Shown here: positions 23,668 to 36,374 of the stretch, in pieces
Numbering within the stretch: position 1 is the stretch's first letter
Layout: the number at the start of each line of letters is the position of its first letter
Assembly: GCA_017499595.2 (NCBI GenBank)
Contig: CM039004.1
Span: 2,232,001 to 2,296,000, forward strand
DNA: 64,000 bases
DNA from: Psilocybe cubensis
Lineage: Eukaryota
Direction of reading: 5' to 3'
Position numbers and translations under genes: made by a program
The notes under the pieces: model-generated
Told to the model about the DNA's origin: nothing
The model's database searches: none
The model's input: the letters and a program-made list of their open reading frames with translations, nothing else

Positions 23668-25820
23668 TCAAACTGAATGGAGTTGTTCCATATTGATAAC
23701 CTGTCTAAAGATCTCCAATGCAGCTTGCGGTTGGAAGGCCGGCTGCGAATGATATGTTGTATGAGAAAAGTTATCGCAATCAATAAAAAAGCCCACAAAC
23801 CACTTCATGTCCGGCTTGGAAGACTCTCCTGATGTTCACCAAAATAAAATTGAACAAGTTAAAGGAGATGGAAATCATCAGACTGAAACTTACGCGAAGG
23901 AGAAGTTATCCACATTTTGAATGGCTGCCACAGGTACTCCGTTGATTGTCATGTTTGTGAATGGTGTTGCTGCGAGGCGCCCTGCGCCATACCAATCCAT
24001 CGCAAGGGCAGATGCATGACCACCTAGCCAGTTGCAACTTTTCTATGTGATTAGACGACATTCATCTGTACTCGAATGTCACTAACTTAATATCAGCATC
24101 TCCCGCCTAGAGCAAGTTGTAAGCATGTATTTGGGCGAGAAAGACACAAAGAACTGTTGACATACCCAAAGGAGGATCTTGAGGGTAGAATTAGCCAGGG
24201 CACCCAACTGTGGGAGCAACGTCCTTGCATCCTAAATAAATAGCCCTTCGTCAGTGTTTTACTACGATTTGCTATTTCATAGCGCAACATACGTCTCCAG
24301 TTGTAGAGAATAAATTAAATGGTGCATTGGCACATTCGTGATAGGTGCTCTCCGCGCCAATCTTTGCTTTCACTGTTGGTGATTTCAAGAAATTGAGATA
24401 GAATTCAGGAGGAAAGGGATTCGGAGAAGATGCATTTTGACGGAGGTCGTCCGAATCTCGATTACCCACAGCGGGAGAAAATACATTTTCCACCTGTTTC
24501 GACATTGTCAGAACTCATGACAAAGACCTTGAAAGAAGGAAGGGAGAAGAAGGTACGTACACAAAAGTTGTCTGCTTTTTTGCATATAGCATCGGAATCC
24601 GGACCTGTACCAGCCGCATAACAAGCTTCTTCCTGGTCTTTACAACCTCCTGGTTCAAAGTATGACTGGTTTAGTTTGGCAAGCACATTGTCGGGTTGCA
24701 ATTGTCCATATCCAGGAGCATTGAATGCGAAATCGACGTAGGCTTTATTTTGAATGAGAGGATCGTACCATCCACTGAATCATAATTTGTTAGAACACGT
24801 ACACTCACACCAACCATTTTGGAACATACTTGTTGATCATAAGTGCGCTGATGGTCACAAGCTCTCCTTTCAAAGCTCCCGCTTTAATAAGCGCGTTCTG
24901 TTGATCAAAGAATGTCACCATAGCAGGGCCGTAGTGGCCACCATAACTTTCTGTTGCAAAAATGAATCTTATGGGAAACAATTGAACATAAAAAGGATAT
25001 CAAAAAGTGGGTCAACAGACTAGCTACTCACTCTCTTGATTGGTATTTCGCGAACTCATTACTCTCAAAGAGTACCTGGAATGCTTGCCACACAAAAGGC
25101 GATGCTGCAAGTGTACTGTTTACTGTATCGGTGCCAAAAGAGAAACCGGTGCCAATAGGCTGGTCGATGTAAATCACTGCCATCAAGAATAAGCATTTTC
25201 AGAAAGGTGGTATTCCAATGAACTTACTATTGCTGATGTTATTCCAACTGATGTAGAAATAAAGAAATTTCAATCATTCGAGGTTGATGAATTTTTAACC
25301 TTGACGATTACCTGAAGGGATTCAATACCGTTGTTGCGCCGTCGGGATTGACCTGACAAGGACCGTTCTCTTGGAAAAGGCCAATCATGGAAGAGCACCC
25401 AGGTCCACCATTTAGCCTTCAGTTCATGGGATCAATTAAATCACTATGCGTGTGTGTGCGTTTCATATTCACCAAAGTGTAAACGGCGCAGTTTCAGGAC
25501 TTTCTCGAGATTCGAAGAACCAAAACCACTGCAATCAAAATTATGTCAGACAAAGCATTACTTTCAGGGAGCATTTCATTTACCATCGACATATTCGTTC
25601 CAACGTCAATATATCCGGACATTTGATGGACACCGGGGGTTGTTTCGCAGACGCCCGAGTCGGAGACAAATCGCAGTGATACATCTGGGTTGTTAACTGA
25701 AGCGAACCTAGTGAATATGGCTTTCTGTTCGACATCCAGAACTGGAGTTGCTTGAACGAAGGAAGCCAGAGCAACCAAGACACTGATAACCCGTATACAC
25801 GCGATCCCGAATTGACCCAT
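23668..25820 (-). CDS. Secreted serine carboxypeptidase (peptidase S10)
   Basis: Signal peptide, [40 protein letters not shown], catalytic [15 protein letters not shown] and AGHEV motifs. Confidence 0.92.
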
Positions 25821-26463
25821 AATGGTGTAGACAAGGTGAAATGCGAATTTCTGCTTAAGTGGGCAGAATCGCTGACCTTTATGTCATTTACTATCTATAA
25901 TATATATGCACAACTGCAAAAGATCGACCTTCGTCGCATAAACCACATGGGTTTGATAAGTAATGCTGCCCTACCAATCCTTTACGCGATTATTTTGAAT
26001 ATTTGACGTCCTATTTATATGTTCCAGGCAATTCGACCGCGCCGCCATGAGAAAATGGGTAGTCCTGTGTTCCGGTAAAGGGCATGAGATACTATGATGA
26101 CCTTATCCGAAGCTTGCTAAGCGTGTACACCGAGGCTATGAAGAGAAGACCATGCGGCTTTCGAAGGGTGATCTGCGAAACAAATGTGTATACATAGCTC
26201 TGTGAACGGCCTTGAAGAGATAAGAAAACGTGTAGTTCTTAAACAGCCTTGATATCAGTGCGTACGAGTGAACCAAAGACCAGATATGCGATGACCCGCA
26301 CATGCCCATGATAAAAGAGTATTTTCTTTGGCGTCATGTCTAGAAACAATCTGGAGACACTCGGTACAAACATACGGTGCCAAAATAGTACAACTAGAAG
26401 CAAGGTCAGTGAACGATTAGTCACTAGATAAATGTTGAGGATTTACACACCTCGTACATTTAA

Positions 26464-27489
26464 CTAGACCATTATTCTTCCCGACCCTTTAGTAAGACTA
26501 TTCCAAAGCACGCTGACAGCCACACCCAGCGCAACGCCCGATAAAAGCTTTGGGTCTATCCAATTCGTGATATAGGGCATCAATTTAGCTCGTAACGCGT
26601 CCATGAACGTGTTTTGTTGTTTCCATTCCTTGGATGAAATTCGCCGATCAAACGTAGTACCGGACTTATAAGCCGTCTGAATTCCTGGTAAGCCATCGAT
26701 GCTCTCCTTGTTTCTGACAAGCCAATAGTTTTTGACTCCATTCTCAGTGACAGGGTATCGCGGCTGTTCGCCTTTGCTATCATCCTGGTCTTCCCCAATC
26801 TTCGTAGCATTGACTTCAGCCTCAATATCTGCCATTTCCTTGTTTGCGAAAAACTGATGCAGTCTCATACGTTCCGCTTTGAAGGAGTAGAAGGGAATTG
26901 AATACCCGCAGGACTAGATAATAATTATTCGTGCGTTTTCAAAATAAGGTGACATATGATTTACTTACAGTTCCCACTCTGTGGATATCCAATACAATGA
27001 CTGAGCGGGACCCCGGCTGCCGTTTATCCAATGGTACAAGTTCATTGTACTCCGGGGTATCAAACTCAAAGACTTTTCCTGGGACGACAGTCAAGGATGG
27101 ACGAATCAATAGGTGAATTCTGCTCTTACCATGTCCGAACAGCCTGACTATCTGAGGTGGTCCTTCAAACGCACAGAACATAATGGTCATTCTTCCATTT
27201 TCTCTCAAATGTGAAACAGTCTCTATTCCTGAGGTAGATAAGTACAAGCCAAATTAAGATACATTGTAAGTACAAGGAAAGCTAGGAGTACGGATGACGT
27301 ACCACTGCCAGTCATATCTTCATACCAAACTGTCTTCTGGTCAACGATGTGAAAAGTCCCTGCAAAGCCTTTGGGAGAGACATTGACGTGACCAGTTTTG
27401 GAGAGAGGAGCCGTAGCAACCCAAAACATGCGCTGTTTCTGTATCCATGGAACAACAAATGCAGGAATCTCGTCGAAGGTCTTTCCCAT
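26464..27489 (-). CDS. Pyridoxamine 5'-phosphate oxidase-family protein, diverged paralogue B
   Basis: Same motifs and intron positions as copy A (FWVATAPLS..GHVNVSPKG, LRENGRMTIMFCAFEGPP, SIDGLPG). Confidence 0.88.
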
Positions 27490-28185
27490 GTTGTTCACGT
27501 ATCGCTAAACGTAGCCGCGGTGGTGAAGGTTGAATACAAGAACAAACGTATAGTACGTTTATAGACGCTCGAAGAACAATCTGAGTCATTTGTTCGAGTG
27601 AGATTTGAATCATATGCCCATTTGCTTGTTGACTGGAGGTCTTGTCACCTGAACCCTTCTTTACTCCGTTATCGGAGAAGAAACCCGATTTTCAGACTCA
27701 AACCTGCGACAGATGCATTTTCACTGTTTTTTTTTATGATTTGACGTGATTAAAAAATCGAGAACAAGAAAAAGTCCCAGAGAGGTCGAGTCAATACAGT
27801 GGTTGAGTTAGGGACTGTTAAGGATGAGTTGGAGGGCTAAGCTGGAGTGATGCGTCGCGTGATCGCACGACAGTGTGACCGATCGCGTTGGATTGATGGA
27901 TTTGATGGACACTTTGAAGACGCGACGCAAACAGATTGAATGGATTATTATAAATTATATGCGACGCAAACGTCTGAAGCATAAATTTTATGGGGTCTGC
28001 CTTGAGTCGCGCACAAGCTACAAGATAGTATTGCAAAAATGATTTTCTATCATACATTTAGAAAATATGTGACCTTAAACAGTACTTAAACAGTACTGTT
28101 GCATTCATTTCAAGCGGGGGTAAGCTGAGTGCGCGTTGGTGCGCGTCTTCCGATCTGAAGGGTCTTCTAAAATTTTACCATTGGT

Positions 28186-29181
28186 TTACTTTTGGAACAA
28201 TGACGCGATAATGTTGCGCCATAATCCAGTAGTCAAAGCACCAAGCACAAGTGCAACAAAAAGTTTTGGGTCTACCCAGGTTGTCACCCCGAGAGTCTGA
28301 TGCTGCGAATGTTGCTGGTGTGCTGCGCGCGAGAGGCTTTCTTGTTTCCACTCTTTGTTAGCAATATCGCGGTCGAAGAGCGTCTTCGATTTATGTGCAT
28401 CCTGGATTCCAGGAAGACCATCAATACTGGTTTTATTGAGAACTGCCCAGTAGCGCCTGACGCCATTGTCTGCAATCTCGTCGGGGAATGATGTCGCGAG
28501 TCCATTCAAACTTGGCTGAGATGCGTCAGCCGCTGCCAGATCTGCTCGTTCTGACTTGGCGCAATATTGATGAAGGCGCATGCGATCGCCTTTGAAGGTG
28601 TAGAACGGAACAGAGAATCCACAGGACTATGTGTAATGATTTATGACGTAACTTCACCAATCCCAAGCATAATCGACTCACCGTCCCCACTCTGTGTATG
28701 TGTAGCATGATGACAGACCGTGAGCCCGGCTGCCTTTCGTTCAGAGGAATAAGTTTGTTGTATTCCGACGAGTCGTACTCGTAAACTTTGCCTACAATGC
28801 TGATTAAAGTGCTTTCAACACGGTTTACGATACGAAGTCCTACCGCGTCCATGTAGCCTCACGATCTGAGGAGGTCCTTCAAATGCGCAGAACATAATAG
28901 TCATCCGTCCATTCTCTCTCAAGTGTGCAATGGTCTCGACGCCTACGCCAAGGTCAAATTAGAGCGACTCGAAACATTCGAGGACAAATTTACATACCAC
29001 TACCAGTCATATCTTCATACCAAACGGTGTTTTCATCTTTGATATGAAAAGTACCAGATAATCCTTTTGGTGAAAGATTAACATGTCCATCTGCAGAAAG
29101 AGGCGCCGTAGCCACCCAGAACATATGCTGTTTTTGTATGAAGGAAATCACAAACGGCGGCATCTCAGTGAAGGTCTTCAT
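28186..29181 (-). CDS. Pyridoxamine 5'-phosphate oxidase-family protein, copy A' (in right arm)
   Basis: Identical to 6342-7337 except a few C-terminal residues (LFVALVL versus LLVVFVL; IIAS versus IIVS). Confidence 0.88.
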
Positions 29182-30183
29182 GTTGTACCGTCGAGAGAGG
29201 AAGTTAGCTTGAGGTTAAACGGATTCAAGATCTAGAGCGTGTATGCTATACATAATACATAGATCATGAATCATATCCATATTGCTGCTTCGGTAGCGAA
29301 AAGCCAAAATAACTGGCTGACGTTTCAGGGTGGAGTGAGACGGAATACAGTGGGGCGGTAACTGACAGGCCGTAGATGCTGGAAGAGAAAATAACCCAAG
29401 GGCTGGAGCTCATTCGACGATGGTGCAACTCGTATTGATACAAAGCAAGCATCCAAGAGAGGCGCAAGAAATCCGATACAACAGAAGAGACCGAGTGACC
29501 TAATTGTATAACGTTTATTGTTCAATCGTCGAACAATAGGAAAGAACAGGAATCGGGGATGCCTGAGAACCGAGTCTTTTCCGATAGGAATCTTGGAGTT
29601 GTAGATTGGGCGTCGACTTGAAGCGGGGGAAAAGCTATGGGAGAGTGACTGTGCATAAAGTGAAAGATAATGTACAAGAACATAGGTAATGACAGATGCA
29701 GTAAGAGTCAAGGAGAGGAAAGTGTTTGTTCGTTGTAAGTAGACTTTCAAGCCAAACAGAGAGTCTACTTTGTGCCTTCATCTAAATAAGGCACGCCACT
29801 ATGCTTCTTACCTTGTTCGCGCTACCTCATGCCCTTTCCCTTGTCCGCTCGCTCCGGTGATACCTGGAACACGAAATATCCACTAGTTCAATCTCCGGAA
29901 GCTGGCCGGCACTAGGTGCCTTGTTCTACAATATTCGCTCAGTGAATCTGTCAATGCTTCTCCGGAGAGAAAACAATAACCTGGCAATCTATAAAGGTAC
30001 TGTGTGGATTATGATCAAATCCATAGCGCTTTTGCTTTTCCACCTTCGAGGCCTTCAATCGCAAGCCCTCTGATTGCCTCCGTCTCTTGTCACTCTTTCC
30101 AACAGACTTAAAGCGGCAGTTTTCATACTCGTTTACGAGCTATATAATACCCATACATACCCATAATCCACCACACCACCACC

Positions 30184-30572
30184 ATGTTCGCCGACGGAAG
30201 CATCGCTGTGGCTCTTGTCAAGAACCAAGTCATGATCGTTCAAGGTAATTATCAGCGCATGCTATCCGTAATAGCAACCAAGCTTATTCTATGCTCATAG
30301 CTGCGCGCACACACACCACACGCGAGAAATATCTCGAGGTCCGCACTTACACACCCTTCGGAGAGGGCGTTTTCCTCCCCACCGAGGTCCCCATTGCGCG
30401 CATCTGCTCCTCCGATCTTTTGACTGTCCTCCCGCCCATGGACGCCAGCCGCATCGCCTCCCAAGGCATGCTTGAGCTTCCCAAAAAGGCGTTTTCCAAG
30501 TACATCGAGTACAGCTCTCGCCACCAGAAACGCTATGAGAGTCTCTGGAGTGCATGGGTCTCCAAGCACTGA
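30184..30572 (+). CDS. Uncharacterised 110-aa protein (2 exons), copy in right repeat arm
   Basis: ATG 30184, intron 30245-30300, stop 30570-30572; TATATAA at 30141; one residue differs (QGM versus QGI). Confidence 0.75.
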
Positions 30573-30988
30573 GTGCCAGTAACCTCTTCGATTTCAACAA
30601 CGCTTTCACGCAAACCTCCATGATCCATCATTTCCTTGGATACCACCACATCGTCTTTCGACCCTTGGATTCCTCCTTTGGGTTGTGTAGCATTCTCGAC
30701 ATTGTATCGATATGACCAGCCTCTTGAGTCTCCTCCATCTGTAGCTTTAGTATCTTGTCTGCCTATTTGTATTTTTAGAACTTGTATCCCCTCTATGTCT
30801 GCTTAGAAAACCAAAGGAAAAAAACAAACCTACATGCCTATGCGAAGTAAATAGACAGAAACCCGATATATATCACAGTTAATAATTCAGTACCGCGAGA
30901 GATTCGTAACACGTATCAATCACCGGAGAGGTATTTGCATTTGAAATTGGGTTTAGGTATTGAATGCTACAAATCCACTTCATGTTTT

Positions 30989-32088
30989 TCAATCTTGAAG
31001 GAACAATTCCTTGAGAATTCGAATGGTGTCTGCAGGACTTTTGACTGCGTGCCCAATTGTTCGGGGATCTGTATAGATCTCGTAGTCATTTCCTCCCTGT
31101 TTCAAGCATAAATGAGGTTCTTTGCAAAAAACAAAAAGTTCTTTCAGTTTCACCTTGTAAGTCTTGTCACCAAAGAAATGAATCTCCTCAAATTGTTCAT
31201 CTGCTACGAGACCAAGAGCAAAGGTCTTATCCCATCCATTTGGGAAGACATCAAAGGAGATTTGGCCGCCAATGGAATAAGTTAGTCCATAATCGGGGAA
31301 CTTTTCTTTCAAAGTTTGGACAAGAGTTGCCCTGTAGCCATTTTTCTAACATAAAATAGGTTGGTATGTGTTAAGGTCAATACAGAAAACTACTCACGAG
31401 GTCCAATAACTCGAAGTCATTTCGTTCTTGTATACTATGTCCATTTCCAGTTAATTAGGGGCTCCGCAAAGGATATGAAAGACACCGACGATGCATTGCG
31501 ACCAATGGGACTAACGTTCAACATTCCTCGACGGAACTCCAGAAATGTGCCTCTATCCGCAATGCTGAGATATCTTACAGCACCGTTACACGAAAAACAT
31601 ACCTTTTAATTGGAATATCAAGGTCGGCGATATAATGAAGAAGGAAATTGACCAGTTTCTTGTAGCGTTCCTCGCCTAAGAAATTGATGAATGACTGGGA
31701 TGGAAGCTGTTTTCCAAGCTTATAGGCCGTCAACCCGTTCTCCGCAAACGCATAATCAAACTCGTCGAGAACTGTAGACACAGTATGTCAGAGTCAACGC
31801 ATGCAAACACTCTCCGGTTCACTGACTATTTTCCGACCCAACTTGGAGCTGTTCAGTGATCTTCACAAGATCAGACCCGCCAACAAAACCAATCGCCAAC
31901 TTCTTGCGCACAGCCGCTAATGTTTCAATCATCTCTGGCGATGCAGACTGTAGGCATTGATGAGAAACTGCAGCGCATTTAGGAGAGCCAGGGGAAGAAC
32001 AAACCTGACGTGCAGGAGTCAATGTACCATCGACATCGAACAAGCACAATTTCTTCAGAGGCCTGTTAGAAAATGCTTCGGATACCAT
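30989..32088 (-). CDS. SEC53: Phosphomannomutase paralogue B
   Basis: [43 protein letters not shown] and [15 protein letters not shown] motifs. Confidence 0.92.
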
Positions 32089-32343
32089 TTTGACGCGTTG
32101 TGGCGGGGTGTTAAAGGGTATTGAACGGGTATGGCGCACCTCGAACAATGTTCGTTCGTTGGGACTTCCTAAATCGGGGTTCGAGATGAATCGGCAATCT
32201 CCGGCTATCGAGCCAGTATTGTAAGTACCTTGGGCAAGTCATCTGAAGTTGTCGCGTCCGTCATTATCTCAAATTTCATTCCGTTATATACCGACTCCCT
32301 CATAGGCCTGAAGTAATTTCTCACACATAAAGGTATACCAGTT

Positions 32344-34553
32344 ATGCAGACATCACAATATCACATCTTTTCTCTCCCACCTGAACTCTTAGAGTCGTTG
32401 ACGCCGCGTAATCTTGTCAACAAAGTCGCTTCCCGATCCCATACACCAGAACCTACCGTAATTACATCAAAATCTGGCCCCAGAGCATGCGCTATCTGCA
32501 ATGGCATAGCGTTTCTGGACGTTGAGGAACAACGTGCCCACTTTCGGTCGGATTGGCACCGATACAATGTCAAGACGCGGTTGAACGGCGGTAAAACCGT
32601 CTCTGAAGCAACATTTGCTCAACTAATTGAAGGTCTATATTCTTATTTCACTGCTTTGGTCATGCTGACAATTTTTTGTAGGACTGGACGATTCCTTATC
32701 TGGATCAGCGTCCTCAGATGATGAAGATGAAAATTCAGACGCCGTGAATGCCTTAGTTGGGAAGACAAAGCGTTTAAACACCCGATCTCCTTCCCCTGAT
32801 TCCTCAATAAAAAGCCTACCTGTCACTGCTCTTACATGGTTTCACTCTCCACCATCCACACAACTTGGAATATATCGCTCTATTTTCCCTCTAGAGACAG
32901 AACCAACCCAATACCTCTCGGAGCTGAAGAATCTTCAACAAAGGCGACCGGAAGGACGGACATGGGCTCTGTTTATGATCGCTGGTGGCCATTTTGCCGG
33001 AGCAGTGGTCAGAGTCAGTCAAAATGAGGATGAAGATGAAGAACCGAGCGAAGGACAGAGGTCGCGGAAAAAGAGACCCAAGAGACCCAAACCGGACACT
33101 GAAGTCCTTCTGCACAAAACATTTCATCGATACACTAGTGAGAACTCTTACCAGATATTCGTGTTCTGCATTTGTTGACCGCGACGTTAACAGCTCGACG
33201 GAAACAGGGTGGATCTCAGTCAACCAACGATAATGCCAAAGGACCCGCCAATAGTGCTGGGGCTTTACTTCGACGTTATGGTGAGCAGGCCCTGAAAGAT
33301 GTATGTGGTTCAGGTTGATCTCTCAATTCCATATCTCATCGAAACCTAGGATATTCGAGGCTTGCTCCAGGAATGGAAAGACGAATTGGTTGAATGTGAG
33401 AGGATATGGATCCGTGCAAGCACATCTAATCGCAGAATATTCTACGACTACGATGATGCGCCTTTCAGTCATCGGGATGAGCGATTGAGAACGTTTCCGT
33501 TTCCAACGCGTCGACCGGTACAACTTATTTAACTATTCCATTTTTACAAGATATTGATGGTTTACTCCCTAACAGACACAATCCGAACTGACACGATGTC
33601 TGATGGAACTTACTCGCTTCAAAATATCACATTATACCGAAGAAGAACTGCGTGAACAAGATGAAGCATATCTTGCTTCCCTGACAAAGCCTAAACCAGT
33701 ACCGACAGTAGTTCAAGCAACGCCGCCGGAAAAACCCAAGCAAAGGCAACCGAAGCTCTCGAAAGAGGAGGAGGTTTTGCGCGAAAAATGGAATCGCATG
33801 CTAGAAATGGCCATCAAGGGGCGCCTCGAAGCTTTGAAATCGTTCTTTGCCAGGGAAGGTGAAGCACTTGGTGGGGTTGATGCAAGGATTCCAGAATGGA
33901 CAGGAGAAAAACGAGCAACACTTCTGCAACTCGCTGTTCAGTATGGGCATGAAGACATGGTACAATGGTTACTGGAAGAAGCTCGTGCAGACCCAACAAT
34001 CCCTCTCCCCTCTATAACGGCAGGACATGACTCTATAACGGCAGGACATGAACAGGAGAATGTCAACGTAGGCAACAAGTCTGACGACTCAGATTTACTC
34101 CGCTCCGTTCCAGTGGGCTCACAAAAAACGGCTTACGACCTTGGTCGTACTAAAGCCATTCGGGATGTCTTCAGACGTTGTGCCGCCTTGCATCCGGATT
34201 GGTGGGACTGGTTGGGTGCCGCTCATGTCCCAAGCGCGTTGAGTCATGACATGGAGCATGAGCGCGACGAAAAGAAAAAGGCCAAACGAAAAGGATTGAA
34301 AGATCGGGTTAAGGAACGCGAGGCAAAGGAGCGGGAGAAACAGAAGGACAGACCAATTACACCACCAGTAGTAGAAACCAAACCCACAGTACGCGAAATC
34401 GTTGATTCGAATTCAACGTCGCGGCGGCTCGGAGGTGGATCGGGTGCCGCTCAGGGGATCACAGGACTTACTCCTGAAATGAGAGCGAAAGTAGAGCGGG
34501 AACGTCGAGCGAGAGCAGCTGAGGCACGGTTGAAAGGTTTGCAGACAAGCTAG
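32344..34553 (+). CDS. VMS1: Vms1/ANKZF1 (C2H2 finger, VLRF1 domain, ankyrin repeat)
   Basis: CAIC...QRAHFRSDWHRYN, GGHFAGA, HKTFHRYTTRRKQGGSQS.ND, SAGALLRRYGE and FPFPTRRPT motifs. Confidence 0.92.
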
Positions 34554-35068
34554 ATGCTGTACTAATAACATAGGGCAAGTGGTAGAACTTTCAATATTAA
34601 TAATTTGGATAGCCCTGACTCAGACCTGATCATCAATTCATGTTAGCAAGTTGTTGACATTAATCTACACAGACTGTGATTGAGCTAGTTCTAGAACACC
34701 ACACTCATCATTATCATATGTTACAGAGTAATTGTATTGTTTACAACTTCCTTCTTCCCTTTATTGTGATTTTATATTCCTGCAAAAAGTTGTGGTCCAA
34801 AAGAGGAAATATGGATTTGTTCAGCAACAGCGAGGCTCTGCCATCCATTCTCTGTCCATTCTTGCATCTTTCCCCCACAGTGCTTGTGTGTGTGCTTCAT
34901 TCCTCAAATACTTGGACCCACAACAACACAACTTTCAACACATCTCTAAACACTCTACAATATAATTACACTGAATCCTCCAATCTTTCACAACTAAACA
35001 CGGTCACTTGGGTCTTTGTTCTGCTCTGGAGTTCTAAAGATTTGTTCAACTTTTGTTAGAAGATCTGT

Positions 35069-36374
35069 GTGGATATTCAAGGATATGCTATGCCTACATC
35101 CACCGTCAGGCTATGTCAAGAAGATGTTGTGAATGTTTCAAAAGATCTGATCAGACCTTCTGGCTGGCAATGTGAATGGAACATTACTGGTCATTTCAAC
35201 AAACCTGTCATGTGTAGGATCATGCTCACTAGCTGGCAGGCATATTTAAAGGTGTGTATAGGCCCTTTATATCTTTTTTGATTTTATGGGCATGTTTTTC
35301 TTCCTGTGAATGGAGTGGAAACATTATACTTTTCGTTCTGCTTCAGATTCCTGTTGAAACTCATTTACCTTTGTTGAGTGTCACATGACCTTCTCTCATT
35401 GACCACAACATCTCAACATCAGCTCACAATATCCTCTATAGCATCTACTTATTCATTGCAGAGAGTACCGCCATGAGAACAAGGTTAGTTTATTTGATTG
35501 CATCAATGCTCACCTCTAAATAAAATATCAGAACACTTATGGTTGTCGACTACCTCGCTGCTCTCTAGCCTCCGGCATCACACCAACTTCCTACAACGAC
35601 CTGATCAAGCATCTCGAGCATTCACACCTAAATCGTTCGGCGCTCCAATGTCCTATAAAAGGCATGAATTTACCCTTTCTGCATAAACTAGAAATGCAGT
35701 AGCCTAATTGTTTATCAGGATGCAATTCTGTATCTTTTACAAGACATACTGCTCTAGAGAAACATTTTATGGATGAACATCCTGAAGTGTTGGATACGAT
35801 CGTAACTCGTCCGTCACCCCTTCTCCAGCCATCATGGAAGCCCTTCTATCCCATACACGTGGAAATTCCTCCGCTTCCCACATCTGTTCTACCAGGATTG
35901 GTAATTCTCCCAGCAATTCAAGGTTCATGGCGAGGTCGCCCATCCACACCTAAGAATTTGGTCAATGAAAATGGAGTGAACAGCTCACCGAAGAAACTTG
36001 CAAAGATGGACTCATGGGAGGTTAAGCCAAAGCCGAGGGAAGAATCTCCAGACGAAGCGCACGATTTTGAGTTTGATGACCTTGAAATTCAATATATCAA
36101 GCAAGGCGATCAGATTCTCCCCAAATTTTTGACTGCAGAACAGTGTGTTATTCGTCCCGAAGGACCTCATTACGATCTGGCGCGTCCGCAACCCCAACTT
36201 GATCCTAACGAATACGGGCATCGTGTACTTCCTGCTACCATTCTATATGACGCTTGGCGGCGCCAGCACGAAAGTGAATTTGTGTTTACAAGTAGTGAGG
36301 ACGAGAAGGACGAGGGTGAAGGGGGATGTGAAAACGAAAACGAAAACGACTCGACAGCAGGTGCCTCCAGTTGA
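35069..36374 (+). pseudogene. C2H2 zinc-finger protein gene, possibly degenerate; 5' end uncertain
   Basis: Three finger-like segments (WQCEW..C..LTSW..YLK/HLLIHC; YGCRLPRC..YNDLIKHLEHSH; CLSGC..F.....LEKHFMDEH); apparent in-frame TAG at 35700. Confidence 0.5.

Larger units (their letters stand above)
28129..30883 (-). repeat. Right arm of 2.7-kb inverted repeat
   Basis: Reverse complement of 4671-7394; carries an extra 40 bp at 30023-30062. Confidence 0.97.

Noticed and set aside
20188-29181. ERG7, carboxypeptidase and flavoproteins as a triterpene biosynthetic cluster
   Set aside because: No P450s or transferases nearby, and the cyclase has ordinary lanosterol-synthase motifs
4671-30883. 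Inverted repeat as transposon TIRs or a mating-type locus
   Set aside because: Arms consist of host genes; no transposase, target-site duplication, homeodomain or pheromone/receptor genes seen
34010-34051. 21-bp tandem duplication in VMS1 (SITAGHD/E twice)
   Set aside because: In-frame slippage in a variable linker; unremarkable
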